From Auanema rhodensis (lineage: Eukaryota > Animalia > Nematoda), in contig OZ059898.1 of assembly GCA_964057225.1 (NCBI GenBank), forward strand, positions 19,282,001 through 19,346,000: a DNA stretch of 64,000 bases, written 5' to 3'. Below, piece after piece: positions 10,701-26,100 of this stretch (position 1 is its first letter; every line of letters begins with the position of its first letter). The notes below the pieces were generated by a model. That model did not search any database and was not told the DNA's origin. It was given only the letters and a program-made list of their open reading frames with translations. The position numbers and the translations under genes are program-made.

Positions 10701-13700
10701 CAATGTAGTATAGTGCATTTGATGCGGATTTTTAAGCTGCGTCGATCTGTGTTATCAGATTTGCGCTAGTTTAAAAATGCACCGAGATATCAACTGATAT
10801 AAGTTCACACTTATATCCTCGATTTTCACCCTGAAGAATTAATTTTTTCGTTGAATAACATTGTCCATCGTCTTTGCCTTGAAAAAAGGAATCTAAAAAC
10901 ATCTACTTTTTGCTAAATTATTTTGAAATTTTTCGAAAAAATTTTTGTCAAAATGTTTTTGGAAGCAATGTTGAGTGTACATGGAAACTCAACATACACT
11001 AATGCATCATTTTTCAAACGATCATAACTAATTTTTGTATTAAGCGTTTCTCAATGTAGTATAGTGCATTCGATGCGGATTTTTAAGCTGCGTCGATCTG
11101 TGTTATCAGATTTGCGCTAGCTTAAAAATGCACCGAGATATCAACTGATATAAGTTCACACTTATATCCTCGATTTTCACCCTGAAGAATTATTTTTTTC
11201 GTTGAATAACATTGTCCATCGTCTTTGCCTTGAAAAAAGGAATCTAAAAACATCTACTTTTTGCTAAATTATTTTGAAATTTTTCGAAAAAATTTTTGTC
11301 AAAATGTTTTTGGAAGCAATGTTGAGTGAACATGGAAACTCAACATACACTAATGCATCATTTTTCGAACAATCATAACTAATTTTTGTATTAAGCGTTT
11401 CTCAATGTAGTATAGTGCATTTGATGCGGATTTTTAAGCTGCGTCGATCTGTGTTATCAGATTTGCGCTAGCTTAAAAATGCACCGAGATATCAACTGAT
11501 ATAAGTTCACACTTATATCCTCGATTTTCACCCTGAAGAATTAATTTTTTTGTTGAATAACATTGTCCATCGTCTTTGCTTTGAAAAAAGGAATCTAAAA
11601 ACATCTACTTTTTGCTAAATTATTTTGAAATTTTTCGAAAAAATTTTTGTCAAAATGTTTTTGGAAGCAATGTTGAGTGTACATGGAAACTCAACATACA
11701 CTAATGCATCATTTTTCAAACGATCATAACTAATTTTTGTATTAAGCGTTTCTCAATGTAGTATAGTGCATTCGATGCGGATTTTTAAGCTGCGTCGATC
11801 TGTGTTATCAGATTTGCGCTAGCTTAAAAATGCACCGAGATATCAACTGATATAAGTTCACACTTATATCCTCGATTTTCACCCTGAAGAATTATTTTTT
11901 TCGTTGAATAACATTGTCCATCGTCTTTGCCTTGAAAAAAGGAATCTAAAAACATCTACTTTTTGCTAAATTATTTTGAAATTTTTCGAAAAAATTTTTG
12001 TCAAAATGTTTTTGGAAGCAATGTTGAGTGAACATGGAAACTCAACATACACTAATGCATCATTTTTCGAACAATCATAACTAATTTTTGTATTAAGCGT
12101 TTCTCAATGTAGTATAGTGCATTTGATGCGGATTTTTAAGCTGCGTCGATCTGTGTTATCAGATTTGCGCTAGCTTAAAAATGCACCGAGATATCAACTG
12201 ATATAAGTTCACACTTATATCCTCGATTTTCACCCTGAAGAATTAATTTTTTCGTTGAATAACATTGTCCATCGTCTTTGCCTTGAAAAAAGGAATCTAA
12301 AAACATCTACTTTTTGCTAAATTATTTTGAAATTTTTCGAAAAAATTTTTGTCAAAATGTTTTTGGAAGCAATGTTGAGTGTACATGGAAACTCAACATA
12401 CACTAATGCATCATTTTTCAAACGATCATAACTAATTTTTGTATTAAGCGTTTCTCAATGTAGTATAGTGCATTCGATGCGGATTTTTAAGCTGCGTCGA
12501 TCTGTGTAATCAGATTTGCGCTAGCTTAAAAATGCACCGAGATATCAACTGATATAAGTTCACACTTATATCCTCGATTTTCACCCTGAAGAATTAATTT
12601 TTTCGTTGAATAACATTGTCCATCGTCTTTGCCTTGAAAAAAGGAATCTAAAAACATCTACTTTTTGCTAAATTATTTTGAAATTTTTCGAAAAAATTTT
12701 TGTCAAAATGTTTTTGGAAGCAATGTTGAGTGTACATGGAAACTCAACATACACTAATGCATCATTTTTCAAACGATCATAACTAATTTTTGTATTAAGC
12801 GTTTCTCAATGTAGTATAGTGCATTCGATGCGGATTTTTAAGCTGCGTCGATCTGTGTTATCAGATTTGCGCTAGCTTAAAAATGCACCGAGATATCAAC
12901 TGATATAAGTTCACACTTATATCCTCGATTTTCACCCTGAAGAATTAATTTTTTCGTTGAATAACATTGTCCATCGTCTTTGCCTTGAAAAAAGGAATCT
13001 AAAAACATCTACTTTTTGCTAAATTATTTTGAAATTTTTCGAAAAAATTTTTGTCAAAATGTTTTTGGAAGCAATGTTGAGTGTACATGGAAACTCAACA
13101 TACACTAATGCATCATTTTTCAAACGATCATAACTAATTTTTGTATTAAGCGTTTCTCAATGTAGTATAGTGCATTTGATGCGGATTTTTAAGCTGCGTC
13201 GATCTGTGTTATCAGATTTGCGCTAGCTTAAAAATGCACCGAGATATCAACTGATATAAGTTCACACTTATATCCTCGATTTTCACCCTGAAGAATTAAT
13301 TTTTTCGTTGAATAACATTGTCCATCGTCTTTGCCTTGAAAAAAGGAATCTAAAAACATCTACTTTTTGCTAAATTATTTTGAAATTTTTCGAAAAAATT
13401 TTTGTCAAAATGTTTTTGGAAGCAATGTTGAGTGTACATGGAAACTCAACATACACTAATGCATCATTTTTCAAACGATCATAACTAATTTTTGTATTAA
13501 GCGTTTCTCAATGTAGTATAGTGCATTCGATGCGGATTTTTAAGCTGCGTCGATCTGTGTTATCAGATTTGCGCTAGCTTAAAAATGCACCGAGATATCA
13601 ACTGATATAAGTTCACACTTATATCCTCGATTTTCACCCTGAAGAATTATTTTTTTCGTTGAATAACATTGTCCATCGTCTTTGCCTTGAAAAAAGGAAT

Positions 13701-16700
13701 CTAAAAACATCTACTTTTTGCTAAATTATTTTGAAATTTTTCGAAAAAATTTTTGTCAAAATGTTTTTGGAAGCAATGTTGAGTGAACATGGAAACTCAA
13801 CATACACTAATGCATCATTTTTCGAACAATCATAACTAATTTTTGTATTAAGCGTTTCTCAATGTAGTATAGCGCATTTGATGCGGATTTTTAAGCTGCG
13901 TCGATCTGTGTTATCAGATTTGCGCTAGCTTAAAAATGCACCGAGATATCAACTGATATAAGTTCACACTTATATCCTCGATTTTCACCCTGAAGAATTA
14001 ATTTTTTCGTTGAATAACATTGTCCATCGTCTTTGCCTTGAAAAAAGGAATCTAAAAACATCTACTTTTTGCTAAATTATTTTGAAATTTTTCGAAAAAA
14101 TTTTTGTCAAAATGTTTTTGGAAGCAATGTTGAGTGAACATGGAAACTCAACATACACTAATGCATCATTTTTCGAACAATCATAACTAATTTTTGTATT
14201 AAGCGTTTCTCAATGTAGTATAGTGCATTTGATGCGGATTTTTAAGCTGCGTCGATCTGTGTTATCAGATTTGCGCTAGCTTAAAAATGCACCGAGATAT
14301 CAACTGATATAAGTTCACACTTATATCCTCGATTTTCACCCTGAAGAATTAATTTTTTTGTTGAATAACATTGTCCATCGTCTTTGCCTTGAAAAAAAGA
14401 ATCTAAAAACATCTACTTTTTGCTAAATTATTTTGAAATTTTTTGAAAAAATTTTTGTCAAAATGTTTTTGGAAGCAATGTTGAGTGAACATGGAAACTC
14501 AACATACACTAATGCATCATTTTTCGAACAATCATAACTAATTTTTGTATTAAGCGTTTCTCAATGTAGTATAGTGCATTTGATGCGGATTTTTAAGCTG
14601 CGTCGATCTGTGTTATCAGATTTGCGCTAGCTTAAAAATGCACCGAGATATCAACTGATATAAGTTCACACTTATATCCTCGATTTTCACCCTGAAGAAT
14701 TAATTTTTTCGTTGAATAACATTGTCCATCGTCTTTGCCTTGAAAAAAGGAATCTAAAAACATCTACTTTTTGCTAAATTATTTTGAAATTTTTCGAAAA
14801 AATTTTTGTCAAAATGTTTTTGGAAGCAATGTTGAGTGTACATGGAAACTCAACATACACTAATGCATCATTTTTCAAACGATCATAACTAATTTTTGTA
14901 TTAAGCGTTTCTCAATGTAGTATAGTGCATTCGATGCGGATTTTTAAGCTGCGTCGATCTGTGTTATCAGATTTGCGCTAGCTTAAAAATGCACCGAGAT
15001 ATCAACTGATATAAGTTCACACTTATATCCTCGATTTTCACCCTGAAGAATTAATTTTTTCGTTGAATAACATTGTCCATCGTCTTTGCCTTAAAAAAAG
15101 GAATCTAAAAACATCTACTTTTTGCTAAATTATTTTGAAATTTTTCGAAAAAATTTTTGTCAAAATGTTTTTGGAAGCAATGTTGAGTGTACATGGAAAC
15201 TCAACATACACTAATGCATCATTTTTCAAACGATCATAACAAATTTTTGTATTAAGCGTTTCTCAATGTAGTATAGTGCATTCGATGCGGATTTTTAAGC
15301 TGCGTCGATCTGTGTTATCAGATTTGCGCTAGCTTAAAAATGCACCGAGATATCAACTGATATAAGTTCACACTTATATCCTCGATTTTCACCCTGAAGA
15401 ATTATTTTTTTCGTTGAATAACATTGTCCATCGTCTTTGCCTTAAAAAAAGGAATCTAAAAACATCTACTTTTTGCTAAATTATTTTGAAATTTTTCGAA
15501 AAAATTTTTGTCAAAATGTTTTTGGAAGCAATGTTGAGTGAACATGGAAACTCAACATACACTAATGCATCATTTTTCGAACAATCATAACTAATTTTTG
15601 TATTAAGCGTTTCTCAATGTAGTATAGTGCATTCGATGCGGATTTTTAAGCTGCGTCGATCTGTGTTATCAGATTTGCGCTAGCTTAAAAATGCACCGAG
15701 ATATCAACTGATATAAGTTCACACTTATATCCTCGATTTTCACCCTGAAGAATTAATTTTTTCGTTGAATAACATTGTCCATCGTCTTTGCCTTAAAAAA
15801 AGGAATCTAAAAACATCTACTTTTTGCTAAATTATTTTGAAATTTTTCGAAAAAATTTTTGTCAAAATGTTTTTGGAAGCAATGTTGAGTGTACATGGAA
15901 ACTCAACATACACTAATGCATCATTTTTCAAACGATCATAACTAATTTTTGTATTAAGCGTTTCTCAATGTAGTATAGTGCATTTGATGCGGATTTTTAA
16001 GCTGCGTCGATCTGTGTTATCAGATTTGCGCTAGCTTAAAAATGCACCGAGATATCAACTGATATAAGTTCACACTTATATCCTCGATTTTCACCCTGAA
16101 GAATTATTTTTTTCGTTGAATAACATTGTCCATCGTCTCTGCCTTGAAAAAAGGAATCTTAAAACATCTACTTTTTGCTAAATTATTTTGAAATTTTTCG
16201 AAAAAATTTTTGTCAAAATGTTTTTGGAAGCAATGTTGAGTGAACATGGAAACTCAACATACACTAATGCATCATTTTTCGAACAATCATAACTAATTTT
16301 TGTATTAAGCGTTTCTCAATGTAGTATAGTGCATTCGATGCGGATTTTTAAGCTGCGTCGATCTGTGTTATCAGATTTGCGCTAGCTTAAAAATGCACCG
16401 AGATATCAACTGATATAAGTTCACACTTATATCCTCGATTTTCACCCTGAAGAATTATTTTTTTCGTTGAATAACATTGTCCATCGTCTTTGCCTTAAAA
16501 AAAGGAATCTAAAAACATCTACTTTTTGCTAAATTATTTTGAAATTTTTCGAAAAAATTTTTGTCAAAATGTTTTTGGAAGCAATGTTGAGTGAACATGG
16601 AAACTCAACATACACTAATGCATCATTTTTCGAACAATCATAACTAATTTTTGTATTAAGCGTTTCTCAATGTAGTATAGTGCATTTGATGCGGATTTTT

Positions 16701-16848
16701 AAGCTGCGTCGATCTGTGTTATCAGATTTGCGCTAGCTTAAAAATGCACCGAGATATCAACTGATATAAGTTCACACTTATATCCTCGATTTTCACCCTG
16801 AAGAATTAATTTTTTCGTTGAATAACATTGTCCATCGTCTTTGCCTTA

Positions 16849-19800
16849 AAAAAAGGAATCTAAAAACATCTACTTTTTGCTAAATTATTTTGAAATTTTT
16901 CGAAAAAATTTTTGTCAAAATGTTTTTGGAAGCAATGTTGAGTGTACATGGAAACTCAACATACACTAATGCATCATTTTTCAAACGATCATAACTAATT
17001 TTTGTATTAAGCGTTTCTCAATGTAGTATAGTGCATTCGATGCGGATTTTTAAGCTGCGTCGATCTGTGTTATCAGATTTGCGCTAGCTTAAAAATGCAC
17101 CGAGATATCAACTGATATAAGTTCACACTTATATCCTCGATTTTCACCCTGAAGAATTAATTTTTTCGTTGAATAACATTGTCCATCGTCTTTGCCTTAA
17201 AAAAAGGAATCTAAAAACATCTTCTTTTTGCTAAATTATTTTGAAATTTTTCGAAAAAATTTTTGTCAAAATGTTTTTGGAAGCAATGTTGAGTGAACAT
17301 GGAAACTCAACATACACTAATGCATCATTTTTCGAACAATCATAACTAATTTTTGTATTAAGCGTTTCTCAATGTAGTATAGTGCTTTTGATGCGGATTT
17401 TTAAGCTGCGTCGATCTGTGTTATCAGATTTGCGCTAGCTTAAAAATGCACCGAGATATCAACTGATATAAGTTCACACTTATATCCTCGATTTTCACCC
17501 TGAAGAATTAATTTTTTCGTTGAATAACATTGTCCATCGTCTTTGCCTTGAAAAAAGGAATCTAAAAACATCTACTTTTTGCTAAATTATTTTGAAATTT
17601 TTCGAAAAAATTTTTGTCAAAATGTTTTTGGAAGCAATGTTGAGTGTACATGGAAACTCAACATACACTAATGCATCATTTTTCAAACGATCATAACTAA
17701 TTTTTGTATTAAGCGTTTCTCAATGTAGTATAGTGCATTCGATGCGGATTTTTAAGCTGCGTCGATCTGTGTTATCAGATTTGCGCTAGCTTAAAAATGC
17801 ACCGAGATATCAACTGATATAAGTTCACACTTATATCCTCGATTTTCACCCTGAAGAATCAATTTTTTCGTTGAATAACATTGTCCATCGTCTTTGCCTT
17901 GAAAAAAGGAATCTAAAAACATCTACTTTTTGCTAAATTATTTTGAAATTTTTCGAAAAAATTTTTGTCAAAATGTTTTTGGAAGCAATGTTGAGTGTAC
18001 ATGGAAACTCAACATACACTAATGCATCATTTTTCAAACGATCATAACTAATTTTTGTATTAAGCGTTTCTCAATGTAGTATAGTGCATTCGATGCGGAT
18101 TTTTAAGCTGCGTCGATCTGTGTTATCAGATTTGCGCTAGCTTAAAAATGCACCGAGATATCAACTGATATAAGTTCACACTTATATCCTCGATTTTCAC
18201 CCTGAAGAATTAATTTTTTCGTTGAATAACATTGTCCATCGTCTTTGCCTCGAAAAAAGGAATCTAAAAACATCTACTTTTTGCTAAATTATTTTGAAAT
18301 TTTTCGAAAAAATTTTTGTCAAAATGTTTTTGGAAGCAATGTTGAGTGTACATGGAAACTCAACATACACTAATGCATCATTTTTCGAACAATCATAACT
18401 AATTTTTGTATTAAGCGTTTCTCAATGTAGTATAGTGCATTTGATGCGGATTTTTAAGCTGCGTCGACCTGTGTTATCAGATTTGCGCTAGCTTAAAAAT
18501 GCACCGAGATATCAACTGATATAAGTTCACACTTATATCCTCGATTTTCACCCTGAAGAATTAATTTTTTCGTTGAATAACATTGTCCATCGTCTTTGCC
18601 TTGAAAAAAGGAATCTAAAAACATCTACTTTTTGCTAAATTATTTTGAAATTTTTCGAAAAAATTTTTGTCAAAATGTTTTTGGAAGCAATGTTGAGTGT
18701 ACATGGAAACTCAACATACACTAATGCATCATTTTTCAAACGATCATAACTAATTTTTGTATTAAGCGTTTCTCAATGTAGTATAGTGCATTCGATGCGG
18801 ATTTTTAAGCTGCGTCGATCTGTGTTATCAGATTTGCGCTAGCTTAAAAATGCACCGAGATATCAACTGATATAAGTTCACACTTATATCCTCGATTTTC
18901 ACCCTGAAGAATTATTTTTTTCGTTGAATAACATTGTCCATCGTCTTTGCCTTGAAAAAAGGAATCTAAAAACATCTACTTTTTGCTAAATTATTTTGAA
19001 ATTTTTCGAAAAAATTTTTGTCAAAATGTTTTTGGAAGCAATGTTGAGTGAACATGGAAACTCAACATACACTAATGCATCATTTTTCGAACAATCATAA
19101 CTAATTTTTGTATTAAGCGTTTCTCAATGTAGTATAGTGCATTTGATGCGGATTTTTAAGCTGCGTCGATCTGTGTTATCAGATTTGCGCTAGCTTGAAA
19201 ATGCACCGAGATATCAACTGATATAAGTTCACACTTATATCCTCGATTTTCACCCTGAAGAATTAATTTTTTCGTTGAATAACATTGTCCATCGTCTTTG
19301 CCTCGAAAAAAGGAATCTAAAAACATCTACTTTTTGCTAAATTATTTTGAAATTTTTCGAAAAAATTTTTGTCAAAATGTTTTTGGAAGCAATGTTGAGT
19401 GTACATGGAAACTCAACATACACTAATGCATCATTTTTCGAACAATCATAACTAATTTTTGTATTAAGCGTTTCTCAATGTAGTATAGTGCATTCGATGC
19501 GGATTTTTAAGCTGCGTCGATCTGTGTTATCAGATTTGCGCTAGCTTAAAAATGCACCGAGATATCAACTGATATAAGTTCACACTTATATCCTCGATTT
19601 TCACCCTGAAGAATTATTTTTTTCGTTGAATAACATTGTCCATCGTCTTTGCCTTGAAAAAAGGAATCTAAAAACATCTACTTTTTGCTAAATTATTTTG
19701 AAATTTTTCGAAAAAATTTTTGTCAAAATGTTTTTGGAAGCAATGTTGAGTGAACATGGAAACTCAACATACACTAATGCATCATTTTTCGAACAATCAT

Positions 19801-22800
19801 AACTAATTTTTGTATTAAGCGTTTCTCAATGTAGTATAGTGCATTTGATGCGGATTTTTAAGCTGCGTCGATCTGTGTTATCAGATTTGCGCTAGCTTGA
19901 AAATGCACCGAGATATCAACTGATATAAGTTCACACTTATATCCTCGATTTTCACCCTGAAGAATTAATTTTTTCGTTGAATAACATTGTCCATCGTCTT
20001 TGCCTCGAAAAAAGGAATCTAAAAACATCTACTTTTTGCTAAATTATTTTGAAATTTTTCGAAAAAATTTTTGTCAAAATGTTTTTGGAAGCAATGTTGA
20101 GTGTACATGGAAACTCAACATACACTAATGCATCATTTTTCGAACAATCATAACTAATTTTTGTATTAAGCGTTTCTCAATGTAGTATAGTGCATTTGAT
20201 GCGGATTTTTAAGCTGCGTCGACCTGTGTTATCAGATTTGCGCTAGCTTAAAAATGCACCGAGATATCAACTGATATAAGTTCACACTTATATCCTCGAT
20301 TTTCACCCTGAAGAATTAATTTTTTCGTTGAATAACATTGTCCATCGTCTTTGCCTTGAAAAAAGGAATCTAAAAACATCTACTTTTTGCTAAATTATTT
20401 TGAAATTTTTCGAAAAAATTTTTGTCAAAATGTTTTTGGAAGCAATGTTGAGTGTACATGGAAACTCAACATACACTAATGCATCATTTTTCAAACGATC
20501 ATAACTAATTTTTGTATTAAGCGTTTCTCAATGTAGTATAGTGCATTCGATGCGGATTTTTAAGCTGCGTCGATCTGTGTTATCAGATTTGCGCTAGCTT
20601 AAAAATGCACCGAGATATCAACTGATATAAGTTCACACTTATATCCTCGATTTTCACCCTGAAGAATTAATTTTTTCGTTGAATAACATTGTCCATCGTC
20701 TTTGCCTTAAAAAAAGGAATCTAAAAACATCTACTTTTTGCTAAATTATTTTGAAATTTTTCGAAAAAATTTTTGTCAAAATGTTTTTGGAAGCAATGTT
20801 GAGTGTACATGGAAACTCAACATACACTAATGCATCATTTTTCAAACGATCATAACTAATTTTTGTATTAAGCGTTTCTCAATGTAGTATAGTGCATTCG
20901 ATGCGGATTTTTAAGCTGCGTCGATCTGTGTTATCAGATTTGCGCTAGCTTAAAAATGCACCGAGATATCAACTGATATAAGTTCACACTTATATCCTCG
21001 ATTTTCACCCTGAAGAATTAATTTTTTCGTTGAATAACATTGTCCATCGTCTTTGCCTTAAAAAAAGGAATCTAAAAACATCTTCTTTTTGCTAAATTAT
21101 TTTGAAATTTTTCGAAAAAATTTTTGTCAAAATGTTTTTGGAAGCAATGTTGAGTGAACATGGAAACTCAACATACACTAATGCATCATTTTTCGAACAA
21201 TCATAACTAATTTTTGTATTAAGCGTTTCTCAATGTAGTATAGTGCTTTTGATGCGGATTTTTAAGCTGCGTCGATCTGTGTTATCAGATTTGCGCTAGC
21301 TTAAAAATGCACCGAGATATCAACTGATATAAGTTCACACTTATATCCTCGATTTTCACCCTGAAGAATTAATTTTTTCGTTGAATAACATTGTCCATCG
21401 TCTTTGCCTTGAAAAAAGGAATCTAAAAACATCTACTTTTTGCTAAATTATTTTGAAATTTTTCGAAAAAATTTTTGTCAAAATGTTTTTGGAAGCAATG
21501 TTGAGTGTACATGGAAACTCAACATACACTAATGCATCATTTTTCAAACGATCATAACTAATTTTTGTATTAAGCGTTTCTCAATGTAGTATAGTGCATT
21601 CGATGCGGATTTTTAAGCTGCGTCGATCTGTGTTATCAGATTTGCGCTAGCTTAAAAATGCACCGAGATATCAACTGATATAAGTTCACACTTATATCCT
21701 CGATTTTCACCCTGAAGAATTAATTTTTTCGTTGAATAACATTGTCCATCGTCTTTGCCTTGAAAAAAGGAATCTAAAAACATCTACTTTTTGCTAAATT
21801 ATTTTGAAATTTTTCGAAAAAATTTTTGTCAAAATGTTTTTGGAAGCAATGTTGAGTGTACATGGAAACTCAACATACACTAATGCATCATTTTTCAAAC
21901 GATCATAACTAATTTTTGTATTAAGCGTTTCTCAATGTAGTATAGTGCATTCGATGCGGATTTTTAAGCTGCGTCGATCTGTGTTATCAGATTTGCGCTA
22001 GCTTAAAAATGCACCGAGATATCAACTGATATAAGTTCACACTTATATCCTCGATTTTCACCCTGAAGAATTAATTTTTTCGTTGAATAACATTGTCCAT
22101 CGTCTTTGCCTCGAAAAAAGGAATCTAAAAACATCTACTTTTTGCTAAATTATTTTGAAATTTTTCGAAAAAATTTTTGTCAAAATGTTTTTGGAAGCAA
22201 TGTTGAGTGTACATGGAAACTCAACATACACTAATGCATCATTTTTCGAACAATCATAACTAATTTTTGTATTAAGCGTTTCTCAATGTAGTATAGTGCA
22301 TTTGATGCGGATTTTTAAGCTGCGTCGACCTGTGTTATCAGATTTGCGCTAGCTTAAAAATGCACCGAGATATCAACTGATATAAGTTCACACTTATATC
22401 CTCGATTTTCACCCTGAAGAATTAATTTTTTCGTTGAATAACATTGTCCATCGTCTTTGCCTTGAAAAAAGGAATTTAAAAACATCTACTTTTTGCTAAA
22501 TTATTTTGAAATTTTTCGAAAAAATTTTTGTCAAAATGTTTTTGGAAGCAATGTTGAGTGTACATGGAAACTCAACATACACTAATGCATCATTTTTCAA
22601 ACGATCATAACTAATTTTTGTATTAAGCGTTTCTCAATGTAGTATAGTGCATTCGATGCGGATTTTTAAGCTGCGTCGATCTGTGTTATCAGATTTGCGC
22701 TAGCTTAAAAATGCACCGAGATATCAACTGATATAAGTTCACACTTATATCCTCGATTTTCACCCTGAAGAATTATTTTTTTCGTTGAATAACATTGTCC

Positions 22801-23166
22801 ATCGTCTTTGCCTTGAAAAAAGGAATCTAAAAACATCTACTTTTTGCTAAATTATTTTGAAATTTTTCGAAAAAATTTTTGTCAAAATGTTTTTGGAAGC
22901 AATGTTGAGTGAACATGGAAACTCAACATACACTAATGCATCATTTTTCGAACAATCATAACTAATTTTTGTATTAAGCGTTTCTCAATGTAGTATAGTG
23001 CATTTGATGCGGATTTTTAAGCTGCGTCGATCTGTGTTATCAGATTTGCGCTAGCTTGAAAATGCACCGAGATATCAACTGATATAAGTTCACACTTATA
23101 TCCTCGATTTTCACCCTGAAGAATTAATTTTTTCGTTGAATAACATTGTCCATCGTCTTTGCCTCG
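16849..23166 (+). repeat. Block duplication with 11-monomer (3861 bp) offset: M49-55 vs M60-66
   Basis: The 24T+187T monomer (187T at 17386/21247) and the 351A, 350C, 216C and 243G variants recur in the same order 3861 bp apart. Confidence 0.85.
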
Positions 23167-26100
23167 AAAAAAGGAATCTAAAAACATCTACTTTTTGCTA
23201 AATTATTTTGAAATTTTTCGAAAAAATTTTTGTCAAAATGTTTTTGGAAGCAATGTTGAGTGTACATGGAAACTCAACATACACTAATGCATCATTTTTC
23301 GAACAATCATAACTAATTTTTGTATTAAGCGTTTCTCAATGTAGTATAGTGCATTTGATGCGGATTTTTAAGCTGCGTCGACCTGTGTTATCAGATTTGC
23401 GCTAGCTTAAAAATGCACCGAGATATCAACTGATATAAGTTCACACTTATATCCTCGATTTTCACCCTGAAGAATTAATTTTTTCGTTGAATAACATTGT
23501 CCATCGTCTTTGCCTTGAAAAAAGGAATCTAAAAACATCTACTTTTTGCTAAATTATTTTGAAATTTTTCGAAAAAATTTTTGTCAAAATGTTTTTGGAA
23601 GCAATGTTGAGTGTACATGGAAACTCAACATACACTAATGCATCATTTTTCAAACGATCATAACTAATTTTTGTATTAAGCGTTTCTCAATGTAGTATAG
23701 TGCATTCGATGCGGATTTTTAAGCTGCGTCGATCTGTGTTATCAGATTTGCGCTAGCTTAAAAATGCACCGAGATATCAACTGATATAAGTTCACACTTA
23801 TATCCTCGATTTTCACCCTGAAGAATTATTTTTTTCGTTGAATAACATTGTCCATCGTCTTTGCCTTGAAAAAAGGAATCTAAAAACATCTACTTTTTGC
23901 TAAATTATTTTGAAATTTTTCGAAAAAATTTTTGTCAAAATGTTTTTGGAAGCAATGTTGAGTGAACATGGAAACTCAACATACACTAATGCATCATTTT
24001 TCGAACAATCATAACTAATTTTTGTATTAAGCGTTTCTCAATGTAGTATAGTGCATTTGATGCGGATTTTTAAGCTGCGTCGATCTGTGTTATCAGATTT
24101 GCGCTAGCTTAAAAATGCACCGAGATATCAACTGATATAAGTTCACACTTATATCCTCGATTTTCACCCTGAAGAATTAATTTTTTTGTTGAATAACATT
24201 GTCCATCGTCTTTGCCTTGAAAAAAGGAATCTAAAAACATCTACTTTTTGCTAAATTATTTTGAAATTTTTCGAAAAAATTTTTGTCAAAATGTTTTTGG
24301 AAGCAATGTTGAGTGAACATGGAAACTCAACATACACTAATGCATCATTTTTCGAACAATCATAACTAATTTTTGTATTAAGCGTTTCTCAATGTAGTAT
24401 AGTGCATTTGATGCGGATTTTTAAGCTGCGTCGATCTGTGTTATCAGATTTGCGCTAGCTTAAAAATGCACCGAGATATCAACTGATATAAGTTCACACT
24501 TATATCCTCGATTTTCACCCTGAAGAATTAATTTTTTCGTTGAATAACATTGTCCATCGTCTTTGCCTTGAAAAAAGGAATCTAAAAACATCTACTTTTT
24601 GCTAAATTATTTTGAAATTTTTCGAAAAAATTTTTGTCAAAATGTTTTTGGAAGCAATGTTGAGTGTACATGGAAACTCAACATACACTAATGCATCATT
24701 TTTCAAACGATCATAACTAATTTTTGTATTAAGCGTTTCTCAATGTAGTATAGTGCATTCGATGCGGATTTTTAAGCTGCGTCGATCTGTGTTATCAGAT
24801 TTGCGCTAGCTTAAAAATGCACCGAGATATCAACTGATATAAGTTCACACTTATATCCTCGATTTTCACCCTGAAGAATTAATTTTTTCGTTGAATAACA
24901 TTGTCCATCGTCTTTGCCTTGAAAAAAGGAATCTAAAAACATCTACTTTTTGCTAAATTATTTTGAAATTTTTCGAAAAAATTTTTGTCAAAATGTTTTT
25001 GGAAGCAATGTTGAGTGAACATGGAAACTCAACATACACTAATGCATCATTTTTCGAACAATCATAACTAATTTTTGTATTAAGCGTTTCTCAATGTAGT
25101 ATAGTGCATTTGATGCGGATTTTTAAGCTGCGTCGATCTGTGTTATCAGATTTGCGCTAACTTAAAAATGCACCGAGATATCAACTGATATAAGTTCACA
25201 CTTATATCCTCGATTTTCACCCTGAAGAATTAATTCTTTTGTTGAATAACATTGTCCATCGTCTTTGCCTTGAAAAAAGGAATCTAAAAACATCTACTTT
25301 TTGCTAAATTATTTTGAAATTTTTCGAAAAAATTTTTGTCAAAATGTTTTTGGAAGCAATGTTGAGTGTACATGGAAACTCAACATACACTAATGCATCA
25401 TTTTTCAAACGATCATAACTAATTTTTGTATTAAGCGTTTCTCAATGTAGTATAGTGCATTCGATGCGGATTTTTAAGCTGCGTCGATCTGTGTTATCAG
25501 ATTTGCGCTAGCTTAAAAATGCACCGAGATATCAACTGATATAAGTTCACACTTATATCCTCGATTTTCACCCTGAAGAATTAATTTTTTCGTTGAATAA
25601 CATTGTCCATCGTCTTTGCCTTGAAAAAAGGAATCTAAAAACATCTACTTTTTGCTAAATTATTTTGAAATTTTTCGAAAAAATTTTTGTCAAAATGTTT
25701 TTGGAAGCAATGTTGAGTGTACATGGAAACTCAACATACACTAATGCATCATTTTTCAAACGATCATAACTAATTTTTGTATTAAGCGTTTCTCAATGTA
25801 GTATAGTGCATTTGATGCGGATTTTTAAGCTGCGTCGATCTGTGTTATCAGATTTGCGCTAGCTTAAAAATGCACCGAGATATCAACTGATATAAGTTCA
25901 CACTTATATCCTCGATTTTCACCCTGAAGAATTAATTTTTTCGTTGAATAACATCGTCCATCGTCTTTGCCTTGAAAAAAGGAATCTAAAAACATCTACT
26001 TTTTGCTAAATTATTTTGAAATTTTTCGAAAAAATTTTTGTCAAAATGTTTTTGGAAGCAATGTTGAGTGTACATGGAAACTCAACATACACTAATGCAT

